IMG/VR virus record: IMGVR_UViG_3300030103_004672
Location: 24,678-88,677 of that record
Reading direction: 5' to 3' (one strand)
DNA: 64,000 nucleotides
Source of the DNA: a virus
Notes under the pieces: model-generated
What the model was told of the DNA's origin: nothing
What the model saw: only the letters and a program-made list of their open reading frames with translations
The model's database searches: none
Program-made: the position numbers and the translations under genes
In this document: one piece after another, positions 29,524 to 38,191 of the stretch
Numbering within the stretch: position 1 is the stretch's first letter
Layout: every line of letters starts with the position of its first letter

Positions 29524-30534
29524 ATGATTTTTTCTTACGACACCTTTAATAGAATCAACGAATCTGTAGAAAGAGTTGAAAAAAATGGATTAGTAGAAGA
29601 AGGCCTGCTTGCCGCTATTAAATTTCCAATTAAATTTACTAAAATTAAAAATAATGCCAAGAAATATCTAAAGGCTAAAATGAAGCACATGTCTGTAGAG
29701 GTTGCATTGGCTAAAAAGAAAGCAAATACCAACTGGGCTGACCTTCCACCAGAAAAGAAAGAAGTGGTAAAATTGGCTGCAGATGCTAAAAAGAGAGCAA
29801 TTGACCTAGAAATGAAGTCTATTACAGACAGGATTGCTAAATTGGCTTCTAGTCCTATGTTACAGGATTATGCAGCTTATAAGAAAGGGGAAGCAGATTT
29901 AGAGGCTGCACTAGAGCTCCAAAAAAATATGGAGAGTGAAGCTGACCAAATATTAATTCAAAAGAGAATTAAAAATCTTCAGACTAAACAGGCTGAAAGA
30001 AAGGCTGAACTAGAAACAAAACCTGATCCGGAAGAAGATAAAGGTGGTAAAAGTGATCAGAAGGCGGACGAAACGCCGTCAAGAGCTGAACAAGATGCTG
30101 AGGCTGAAAGGGAAAAGGAGAAGGCTGCAGAGGATAAAAAGAAACAGGCTTTAGAAGATGCTAAAAATAAGATTGCTGACGCTAAAGCTGCATATGATAA
30201 GGTTAAGGATGGTGATGATGAAAGAGCAAAGTTTGACGCACAGATAACGTTTAAGCAAGCACAGCAGGAGAAAGCAAAGATAGAGGGAAATACCGAACTA
30301 TACCAAGCACTAGCTAAGGATCAAGGAGATATCCTAAAGAAAATTGACAATCTAGATAAAAATAAAGATCCCAAGGTAAAAAAGCATGAAGATAAGATTA
30401 AGGAATACGAAGAAGCAATTGATGTCTTAAAAGACAAGACAGACAAAAAATCAAAAGGAGATCTTCAAATAATACAGTCTGCATTGAAATCCGAAAAAGA
30501 AAAATTAGCTAAGGCTAAAGAAGAATCAAAATAA
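29524..30534 (+). CDS. K/E/A-rich coiled-coil protein, probable internal head protein
   Basis: GATATATAA at 29495; N-terminus MIFSYDTFNRINE resembles a capsid-targeting leader. Confidence 0.5.
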   Translation: MIFSYDTFNRINESVERVEKNGLVEEGLLAAIKFPIKFTKIKNNAKKYLKAKMKHMSVEVALAKKKANTNWADLPPEKKEVVKLAADAKKRAIDLEMKSITDRIAKLASSPMLQDYAAYKKGEADLEAALELQKNMESEADQILIQKRIKNLQTKQAERKAELETKPDPEEDKGGKSDQKADETPSRAEQDAEAEREKEKAAEDKKKQALEDAKNKIADAKAAYDKVKDGDDERAKFDAQITFKQAQQEKAKIEGNTELYQALAKDQGDILKKIDNLDKNKDPKVKKHEDKIKEYEEAIDVLKDKTDKKSKGDLQIIQSALKSEKEKLAKAKEESK

Positions 30535-30540
30535 TTAATT

Positions 30541-30675
30541 ATGGCAACAGGTAGATTTATTTCAACGTCAGCGCGACAACAAGGACAAACTAAAAACAAT
30601 AATAAGAAGCGAACTAGCTCAACTAAAAGAAATAACAAGAGTAAATCTAAGCTTAGCGGCAAGAAATATCTATAG
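30541..30675 (+). CDS. Small highly basic protein (44 aa), absent from ORF track
   Basis: MATGRFISTSARQQGQTKNNNKKRTSSTKRNNKSKSKLSGKKYL; fills the gap between neighbours. Confidence 0.6.
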   Translation: MATGRFISTSARQQGQTKNNNKKRTSSTKRNNKSKSKLSGKKYL

Positions 30676-31169
30676 TGTATAAGGTTAGAGCCATAAATTT
30701 TGGATGGTACAGGCGTAAGCATGGTATTCTTCTAGAGAACCTGCCTCCTGCAAAACAGAAGCTAATTAAAAATAATGATTTTTTTAAATGGCTCGATGCA
30801 GATACACAAGCTATTGAAGTTATTTTTAAGCTAGAGGATAATAATGACATGATGAAAGTATTTCATCAACAAGTCTGGAATCCATTTACTGAACAAATAT
30901 CTACAAAAAAAGAATTAGATCAGTCTGCTAAGACGGTTGAATGGTCATGTGCAATTTGCAAGACTGACATACTTTGCAAATCAAGTTATACAAGAAAAGT
31001 AGAAAACTTCGTATGCGATAAATGCTCGGAAGTCCATAATTCAAAAAATAAGATAGTTGATCAACGAATTATTGATTCATCAAATGAATTTACTGAACAC
31101 TGCAGAAGCTTGCTAAAAAAAGAACAAAAAGAGTTCATAAAATATGCTAGAAAGACTGCTAAATCATAG
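30675..31169 (+). CDS. Hypothetical zinc-finger protein
   Basis: CAIC...CDKC. Confidence 0.55.
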   Translation: MYKVRAINFGWYRRKHGILLENLPPAKQKLIKNNDFFKWLDADTQAIEVIFKLEDNNDMMKVFHQQVWNPFTEQISTKKELDQSAKTVEWSCAICKTDILCKSSYTRKVENFVCDKCSEVHNSKNKIVDQRIIDSSNEFTEHCRSLLKKEQKEFIKYARKTAKS

Positions 31170-31970
31170 TTTTAAACCTTGATCTAATGTAATCTTTGGA
31201 AAGCAATCTAAAAGGCTTTTCGGATTTGTATTGTAAACCTTTATTTTTTTATTTTTTAAGGCACTTGCTATATGTGGAAATGCAGGAATGAACTGTATTT
31301 GGTAGGTTGAGTTTTTGGTTTTTCTTGTTGGGTATCCGTCATGAAAATGCGATTCATGATCGTTTGTTACCATGTCAAATCCTAGTAGAACAATCTTGGA
31401 TGCACCGAGATGATATGCAAGATTTATTGCAGCATAGCCACTATTATTACCATGTGCGATTGCATCTGAATTTTCTTCAAGCCCAAACTTGTTTCCTTTC
31501 CTTAAAACTGTAACACTATCGTTATAATTACGATTCCTGCCTATTGTAAACTTTAATCCATTAAAATTGTCAATATCATTTTGATACCAATTGTAAACCC
31601 TAGAATCAGTCCAATACAAAACAGAAGCAAATGGTACGCTATAAAATGCTTTGTTTATAGCTATAGTTTTTTTAAGTTTAAGCGAGTCAAAATCAAATGA
31701 CTTTAATGATGGACCACCGCCCACGATATAAATAGTTTCTCCCCTAAACACAGGATCTACCTTGCCAAATTTTATATTAGGCATACCTAAAGTCCTAGTT
31801 TTATTTCTAGGCATCTTAGTGGGTTCTATCCTGGTTTTTGTTGATTTTATCCGACGAGATATAGTGACGTCATCGCGTGGTTCGCCTATTCTTGATCTTA
31901 CCACTTTGGTTTTTAGTGATGGTGAATTTGCAGGAGTTTTTATCTTACGTAAACTTCGCCTTCTTTGCAT
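31164..31970 (-). CDS. Maf/MptE-like (sialyltransferase-fold) transferase with basic N-terminal arm
   Basis: IVGGGPSL, IAINKA, NSGYAAINLAYHLGA..IVLLGFD, HF; ATG at 31970 preferred; only credible minus-strand gene. Confidence 0.7.
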   Translation of the reverse strand: MQRRRSLRKIKTPANSPSLKTKVVRSRIGEPRDDVTISRRIKSTKTRIEPTKMPRNKTRTLGMPNIKFGKVDPVFRGETIYIVGGGPSLKSFDFDSLKLKKTIAINKAFYSVPFASVLYWTDSRVYNWYQNDIDNFNGLKFTIGRNRNYNDSVTVLRKGNKFGLEENSDAIAHGNNSGYAAINLAYHLGASKIVLLGFDMVTNDHESHFHDGYPTRKTKNSTYQIQFIPAFPHIASALKNKKIKVYNTNPKSLLDCFPKITLDQGLKL

Positions 31971-31986
31971 AATACAGTATCTATTG

Positions 31987-32014
31987 TAAACAAATTGATA
32001 GCTAATGATATAAT
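31987..32014 (+). promoter_or_regulatory. Putative middle promoter TAAAC-N17-TATAAT
   Basis: TAAAC 31987-31991, TATAAT 32009-32014. Confidence 0.7.
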
Positions 32015-32040
32015 TTATATACATTTCTACAATATTTCAA

Positions 32041-33003
32041 ATGAAAAATATAAGTTCAATACTACTTACTGAAAAATATAGGCCCAAGAATTTAGATGAT
32101 TTAATAGTACCTGAAAGGCTTAACAATAAACTTAACAAAGGAATCTATCAACATTTGCTGCTATATGGATCTCCAGGAACTGGTAAGACTAGCGCTGCTA
32201 AGGCATTGGTGAAACACTTTAGTCATCCATACCTTTATATTAACGCTTCAACCGATACTAGCATAGATGTCGTCAGAACAAGAATCACGGATTTTTGTGC
32301 TAACAGGTCAGTGATGGATGCATCTAACAAAATGAAAATAATTCTACTAGATGAGATCGATGGCGTATCTGATCAGTTCTTTAAAGCATTAAGAGCGACT
32401 ATGGATCAGTTTTCGGCCAATGCCCGCTTTGTTGCAACATGCAACTATATAAACAAGGTACCAGATCCTATTCAGTCTAGGTTCGAACTAATAGACTTCG
32501 ATTTTACAAAAGAGGAGGAGGCTGAAATCATGAAGTCATACATTATACGTGTCCTTAACATTTGTAAAGATGAAGGGATTAAGATCGATAAGTATGCGGC
32601 TGTAGAGCTTGTAAAAAGAAAATTCCCAGATTTAAGAACAATACTTAATATGCTTCAGGGATTTAAGTCACAGGGTGATGATATGATCACTGTTGAAGAT
32701 ATTAAAAAGTTCAACTCTATATACAAGGATGTGTTTGATTTAGTTATTGACAATACAGATCCTGTTAAAAATTATCAATATATGGTGTCTAATTACTCAA
32801 ACAGGGTTGATGATGTTTTATCATCTCTTGGTAGTGAGTTTATAGAATACATTCAGCAGGAGTTTAGTTCATACATTTCACTTATACCACAAATAGTTGT
32901 ATGTGTCGCTAAGTACCAATCACAACGTCAATTTGTTGTTGACCCGGTAGTGTCTATGTTAGCTTGTATTTATGAACTGCAATCAATAATTAACGAAGCA
33001 TAA
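32041..33003 (+). CDS. gp44: Clamp loader AAA+ subunit
   Basis: EKYRP, GSPGTGKTS, INAS, LDEID, SRF. Confidence 0.92.
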   Translation: MKNISSILLTEKYRPKNLDDLIVPERLNNKLNKGIYQHLLLYGSPGTGKTSAAKALVKHFSHPYLYINASTDTSIDVVRTRITDFCANRSVMDASNKMKIILLDEIDGVSDQFFKALRATMDQFSANARFVATCNYINKVPDPIQSRFELIDFDFTKEEEAEIMKSYIIRVLNICKDEGIKIDKYAAVELVKRKFPDLRTILNMLQGFKSQGDDMITVEDIKKFNSIYKDVFDLVIDNTDPVKNYQYMVSNYSNRVDDVLSSLGSEFIEYIQQEFSSYISLIPQIVVCVAKYQSQRQFVVDPVVSMLACIYELQSIINEA

Positions 33004-33025
33004 ATTTTATTTTTAACAAAAAAAG

Positions 33026-33034
33026 TGTTATATT
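33026..33034 (+). promoter_or_regulatory. Putative early/host-type promoter element TGTTATATT
   Basis: Same 9-mer in intergenic positions 11445, 51828, 55010. Confidence 0.5.
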
Positions 33035-33040
33035 AAGTAT

Positions 33041-34249
33041 ATGGCAAATAACAGATACACATTATTAATAGACGGAAATTACTTTTTATTTAGAACCTTG
33101 TTTGTAAATCCAAGTTCTAGATCTGGTGAATTATTAGCAGATGAAAACTCTATTGCAGTCTTTGTTAGAAAACTAGCAACAGACCTTACTTATCAAATAA
33201 GACTATTCGATGGACTTATTGGCAATATAGTATGGGCACAGGATTCTAAATCATGGCGAAAGCCATTCCATCCTGAATTAGATTATAAGGGTAGTAGAAA
33301 GAAAAACAATAAAGTCAATTGGGACAATTTTCAAAAGGCTTCTGAATCATTTACAAAGATTCTCGCACAATATGGAGTTAGTATTTCAAAAGCTGCAGGT
33401 GCAGAAGGAGATGACCTAGTATGGGCATGGTCTGAGAGACTAATAAATGACGGTACATCTTCTATAATTTTTTCAGGGGACAGAGACTTAATGCAATTGA
33501 TCCAGAGAAGTGGCGACAACCATATCTTATTTTACAGCCCAACTCACAAAAACTTGTCTGTTCCCATAGGTTTCAATAACTGGATTAGTCATAAGGAAGA
33601 TGACGAAGGCGTTGACATATTTAACATGTCATCTATAAGTGAAAACCAAACTAAGCAAAAGCTAGAGTCGGTTATCAAGAAGAAAAAGATTGATCCCTCT
33701 GAATTAAATGTAGAAATATTTAAACTTAACAAAGTTTTAACAGGTGACGCTGGTGACAATGTTCCGCCAGTCTATACAAAAATTGTTGCGGGCAAGGACG
33801 GTAAGGAGCGCAAGTATGGTGTGAGCGATAAGAAGGCTTCTAAAATTTGTATTGAATATGCAAAAAAATACAATGATTTGTCAATATCAAATCTTTTAAC
33901 TGACGATGCCTGCACTTATATGGCTAACACTATTATTAAGAACTTAAATATACAAGACAAAACGCAGGAAGATATCATAGAATCAATTAAGCTTAATTGC
34001 AAGTTGATGATACTGTCAACTGATTTAGTTCCATCGGAAGTATTAGAAGCAATGGAAGACGATATTAGCAACAATATAAATAATAAAACAGACTTATCTA
34101 AGTTTAAAAATATGAAATCTCTATTAGCTAATAGCGATTTTGTTACAAAGGATTTAGAAATGGCACAATCGTCATCATTCTTAAAAGATGCAGGAGACAG
34201 CGATATGTCATTTATTACAGATGCTAAACAAAATCAAAGTTTGTTCTAA
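33041..34249 (+). CDS. rnh: 5'-3' exonuclease / RNase H (FEN1 family)
   Basis: LIDGNY, SWRK, YKGSR, EGDD, SGDRDLMQL, GDAGDNVP; ends QNQSLF. Confidence 0.88.
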   Translation: MANNRYTLLIDGNYFLFRTLFVNPSSRSGELLADENSIAVFVRKLATDLTYQIRLFDGLIGNIVWAQDSKSWRKPFHPELDYKGSRKKNNKVNWDNFQKASESFTKILAQYGVSISKAAGAEGDDLVWAWSERLINDGTSSIIFSGDRDLMQLIQRSGDNHILFYSPTHKNLSVPIGFNNWISHKEDDEGVDIFNMSSISENQTKQKLESVIKKKKIDPSELNVEIFKLNKVLTGDAGDNVPPVYTKIVAGKDGKERKYGVSDKKASKICIEYAKKYNDLSISNLLTDDACTYMANTIIKNLNIQDKTQEDIIESIKLNCKLMILSTDLVPSEVLEAMEDDISNNINNKTDLSKFKNMKSLLANSDFVTKDLEMAQSSSFLKDAGDSDMSFITDAKQNQSLF

Positions 34250-34256
34250 AATATAC

Positions 34257-34676
34257 ATGAAGCTATTTGACTACATATCAAAACTATTTGGATCGTCTGA
34301 TCTCGAGTGGGAGAAAATAAAAGACTATGACAAGTCTAAGAATTCATTTATGACTCAAAGATTTATGAGTATTAAATATCCTATTCAAGCTAATATGTTC
34401 AATGGCTTAAAAACTAACCCTGTAGGCATTGCAAATAGCTGGAGATTGGTTGCTTCAAAATTTAACCGAACGCCTTCATGGATCTATACCAAGGTTAAAA
34501 AGGCTTCGACAAAGACTAAAGATAATTGGTCACCTAACCCTGAAGCTCTTAAAATGTATTTAAAGCTTAATGAAATTGGTACTAGAGAATTTGAGTTAGC
34601 TTTAAAGATGGAACCTACAACCGTTAAAGCATCGATAAATAAGTTAGAAAAACAGATGCATGTCAATGCTAATTAA
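34257..34676 (+). CDS. Clamp loader small subunit (gp62-like)
   Basis: MKLFDYI..., FMTQRFMS pattern; ATG 34257 follows the rnh stop. Confidence 0.55.
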   Translation: MKLFDYISKLFGSSDLEWEKIKDYDKSKNSFMTQRFMSIKYPIQANMFNGLKTNPVGIANSWRLVASKFNRTPSWIYTKVKKASTKTKDNWSPNPEALKMYLKLNEIGTREFELALKMEPTTVKASINKLEKQMHVNAN

Positions 34677-35325
34677 TACTTCGGAATTTAGTATACCAAC
34701 AAGAATACATTTTACTCTCTTTAGATATGATCATACAGATTCGATTTTAATATCTAGAGTTAAGAGTACTTGCCATAATTATTCTAGAGATAAGGATTCA
34801 GATCATTTCATAGTAAGAGCATCACACCTAAAAAATGCCATAGAGACTTCCAGTAGGCTTAGTCATATAGCAAAGTCTGGTGAAGGTGGTGACTTTAAGT
34901 CTCTAAAGCTTAATTCAGTAATTTTTATATGGAAGATACTTAATAGTATGTCTAATCTAAGACTTGTGTCTTTTAACGTATCAAAAGATAAAAACTACAC
35001 CAGATTGTTTAAGCATGAAGGCAAGGACGTTTTTGGTTTTAACTTTAAGATCCAAGAAGGATTTATGGATCTTCCAAGAGTTTTATCAAGAAAAAACTTA
35101 GACAGATTCAATATGAAATTGATAGAGATGGGTCTAATGAAAAATTCATTTTTATCTAGATCTCCATTTTTTCAAATGGATGCAAGTCTATTCTTTGAGG
35201 CTCTTGCGTTGGCACAGATGGACCATGATGATCCAGAACTTGCATTGGTTTTAGAAAGTATTGATCCTCAGCTCGAAGAAGATAACCCAGTACTACTTGT
35301 TAAAACTGACTATTCAGCTTATTAA
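34660..35325 (+). CDS. Hypothetical protein
   Basis: 221-aa ORF tightly packed in operon; no motif recognised. Confidence 0.6.
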   Translation: MSMLINTSEFSIPTRIHFTLFRYDHTDSILISRVKSTCHNYSRDKDSDHFIVRASHLKNAIETSSRLSHIAKSGEGGDFKSLKLNSVIFIWKILNSMSNLRLVSFNVSKDKNYTRLFKHEGKDVFGFNFKIQEGFMDLPRVLSRKNLDRFNMKLIEMGLMKNSFLSRSPFFQMDASLFFEALALAQMDHDDPELALVLESIDPQLEEDNPVLLVKTDYSAY

Positions 35326-35360
35326 GATATATAAAAGGCAAGTAATTCACTCAATGTCTA

Positions 35361-37304
35361 ATGGCTGTAAACGGAACCACTACAAATGAAAATGGCGATG
35401 CCATTCTAATATCGCTTCAAGAACCTTATAAAAATGTTGTTGAAGTTGTATCATTTACTGATGAAGTAGAAGGAGAGTCCACAGATTGTTTCTATACAAA
35501 ACAATTCAGATGGGGAACCGATGGAGTTGCATATTCTGATTATGTAGACTTAACAAACGAAAACCTAGCAGCTTTACTATTAAATCCTGAGGAACCTTTC
35601 TGGATTCAATACAAATATACACAAGTTGGTGATTGCACTTTAGAGTTTAAATCAATTGCACTAGAAATAGTAACAGATGGCGGTGTGATCTGTAGAGTAC
35701 CGCAGGTTGAGTGCTGCGATAGTCAGTCTATGTCAGGTGCACAAAACCTTGTAGTCGATTGCTGTGAATCTACATGGAATCCTTACGATTTGTCAAGAGC
35801 AAGTCAGATGTACAATCAATTGTCTTCTGTAGCTTCTCAGATATTCGGATTTTGTGTTAAATACTTTAAAACACAGGCTGATCAAAGATCAAAAGATGTT
35901 ATATTAAAGGAATATTCATTATTTGATGTTATTGACACTGCAGAGGTCAAGCTGATGATTCCCGATAATGCATTTCCGACAAGGGAATTGCAATTTAACC
36001 CTTTAATGATTGACTACCCAGTCCAATTTGAAGTGCATATTGTAAAATCAGAGTTCGAGAAAGTTTTCGGGGCAGGAGCAAAACCTGAGATGCGAGATTA
36101 TCTTTATTTTGAGCAATATCTTAATAAGGTTTATGAAGTAGATGCAATAGCAGAGCCAGATGACTTCTTATATGCAGGATCTTATTGGCGGGTTAGTTTA
36201 GTACAATATCAGCAGAGAACGGCAGTACAATATCCAGATAAAAACATAGAAGCTGTAAAAGATGCTATTGTTACGTCAGTTGAAGAAGAATTTGGGGAAG
36301 AGCGAGAAAAAGAATTTAAGGATGTACGCAAGCCTAAGCTTTATAACACAATCGGTAACCAAGATAACGATTACGTAAGGCGGATTCTTGATAAACAACT
36401 TATTATAAAACAGGAAAACGTTTACAATTTCTATACAATAATCTCTAAATACCATTATAAGCTGAGCTCAATGAAAAAGGGTGAAGAGGCAGTAGAGTAC
36501 CGATTTACAGATGGTTGGACTGCAGAACAAAATAGGGCATTCACAGGATGGATAAGGCCAACATATATAAACCAAATAGGAAGCAACGTACTAATAACGG
36601 CAGTTTCAGATATCGGTGGCCGAGCTGCATTGAGTACAAATGGTTTGCCACAGCCTGCAAATAGAAAGGTAGTAGCTGGTGATTTCTTGCGAATAACTGG
36701 CACAAATTCATATAATGGTATTCAGGAAATATTGTCGATTTCAGGTAATACAGTGATACTGAATACCCCATTTGTAGATGCTACTATAAACCCAAATGCT
36801 AAATTTAAGAAAGAAGGCGGAAGCAGATTTTTTGTTTACGAGTCAAATGACCAAGAATATTTTTCATTAATACAAACCGTAGGTGCTTTCATAGTAAACA
36901 TAAATGATACTAAATATGAGTTTGATATGCCATTCCAGTTTCTTGCTAATAATTTTTATTCATATGTCATAAATCTTAACAATAAAGCTAGGCAATTAAG
37001 TTTATTTGTTTACGAAACTCAAATGAACGTGACACAACCAAATGCGGGTTCTACAGGTGAACTTAAAAAGGTGTACGAAAACACCATTACGATTAGTCCT
37101 GTAGCAGTGCCTAGCGGACATTCTTGGAGGTTATTAGCTTCTGATGTTGACTTTACAAACAATAGAATATGGAATACTCCAATAGAAATAGAAGAACAGA
37201 ATTTAGTATTGAGCCAATATGTGGTTAATGACACAAGTTTAGCTTTATTAATTGACAATGCATCTCCAAGGCTATTAGTTCCACGCACTAATAATCCAAG
37301 ATAA
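35361..37304 (+). CDS. Neck/head-tail connector protein (gp14-like core) with extra domains
   Basis: FEVHI.K.EFE..FG...KP..RDYLYF...YEV motif; GATATATAA at 35326. Confidence 0.55.
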   Translation: MAVNGTTTNENGDAILISLQEPYKNVVEVVSFTDEVEGESTDCFYTKQFRWGTDGVAYSDYVDLTNENLAALLLNPEEPFWIQYKYTQVGDCTLEFKSIALEIVTDGGVICRVPQVECCDSQSMSGAQNLVVDCCESTWNPYDLSRASQMYNQLSSVASQIFGFCVKYFKTQADQRSKDVILKEYSLFDVIDTAEVKLMIPDNAFPTRELQFNPLMIDYPVQFEVHIVKSEFEKVFGAGAKPEMRDYLYFEQYLNKVYEVDAIAEPDDFLYAGSYWRVSLVQYQQRTAVQYPDKNIEAVKDAIVTSVEEEFGEEREKEFKDVRKPKLYNTIGNQDNDYVRRILDKQLIIKQENVYNFYTIISKYHYKLSSMKKGEEAVEYRFTDGWTAEQNRAFTGWIRPTYINQIGSNVLITAVSDIGGRAALSTNGLPQPANRKVVAGDFLRITGTNSYNGIQEILSISGNTVILNTPFVDATINPNAKFKKEGGSRFFVYESNDQEYFSLIQTVGAFIVNINDTKYEFDMPFQFLANNFYSYVINLNNKARQLSLFVYETQMNVTQPNAGSTGELKKVYENTITISPVAVPSGHSWRLLASDVDFTNNRIWNTPIEIEEQNLVLSQYVVNDTSLALLIDNASPRLLVPRTNNPR

Positions 37305-37326
37305 TATATAATATAAATAAAGATAC

Positions 37327-37929
37327 ATGGAAGAATCTAAGAAAAATCTTAGAGAGAGCCTAGATGATATATTAGGCTCAGATTTACCAGATGAAGTTCC
37401 TGGACTTTCCGATGCTCCAGATTTAAGGCCCGTTAGAAAGACTAGCATAAATGTCGGTCTAGAACGCGCTAAGAAAAAGGCTACAAAAGTAATGGACTCA
37501 CTCTTAAAATTTTATTTGAGTGAAGAAATTATCGAAGAACAGGAGTACATTAAGGCTAAAAGCGAACTTGATAAGTACGCATTGACTTCGTTAATAAGAC
37601 AGATGGAAAATAGCGAAAAGGCTATAACTACATTGATGGCAACTATTGATGAGGGTGATGTTTCGCCTAGAATGTTTGAAGTTCTTAGTGATTTGCAAAG
37701 AACTATGCTAGATATAATTAAGAGCCAAACAATGTACATGGTTGCAATTGAAGAGAACGCTAAAAAAATATCTAGAGATCTAGATGTTTATCATGGAACT
37801 AGTAACAAAAAACTTAAAGGCGAATCCGGTGTGAAATCAAGGGGAACTAAGGATTTAATGAAAGCTTTACAAAATTCAATAAACGAAGAAAATATACAAG
37901 ATGTCGATTCAAGTGAAGATGAAGAATAA
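37327..37929 (+). CDS. Terminase small subunit (gp16-like)
   Basis: SPRMFEVL motif, G.KDL.K.L tail; upstream of large terminase; AATATATAA/TATAAATA at 37303-37319. Confidence 0.65.
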   Translation: MEESKKNLRESLDDILGSDLPDEVPGLSDAPDLRPVRKTSINVGLERAKKKATKVMDSLLKFYLSEEIIEEQEYIKAKSELDKYALTSLIRQMENSEKAITTLMATIDEGDVSPRMFEVLSDLQRTMLDIIKSQTMYMVAIEENAKKISRDLDVYHGTSNKKLKGESGVKSRGTKDLMKALQNSINEENIQDVDSSEDEE

Positions 37930-38191
37930 ATTTATTCTTATCAAAGATTTAGATGAAGATGGATTAACCGAAACCGAATCTGGTTTGTTTGTTCCAAAGG
38001 ATAAATTAGAAGTAGGTAGAACTGCAATAGTATTAGCAGCCGGAGATTGTGATAAAGTTAAAAAAGGTGATATAGTCTATAAAATAAAAGGCAACGGAAC
38101 GCCTATTATTCTGAATGATATTAAAATGGAGATGATTCATATAGACTTTATATTAGGTGTTATAGAAAATGGCGAAACCGCAACCACATAG
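37919..38191 (+). CDS. groES: GroES-like co-chaperonin
   Basis: ETESGLFVP mobile loop, VLAAG, VKKGDIV, ILGV. Confidence 0.8.
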   Translation: MKNKFILIKDLDEDGLTETESGLFVPKDKLEVGRTAIVLAAGDCDKVKKGDIVYKIKGNGTPIILNDIKMEMIHIDFILGVIENGETATT

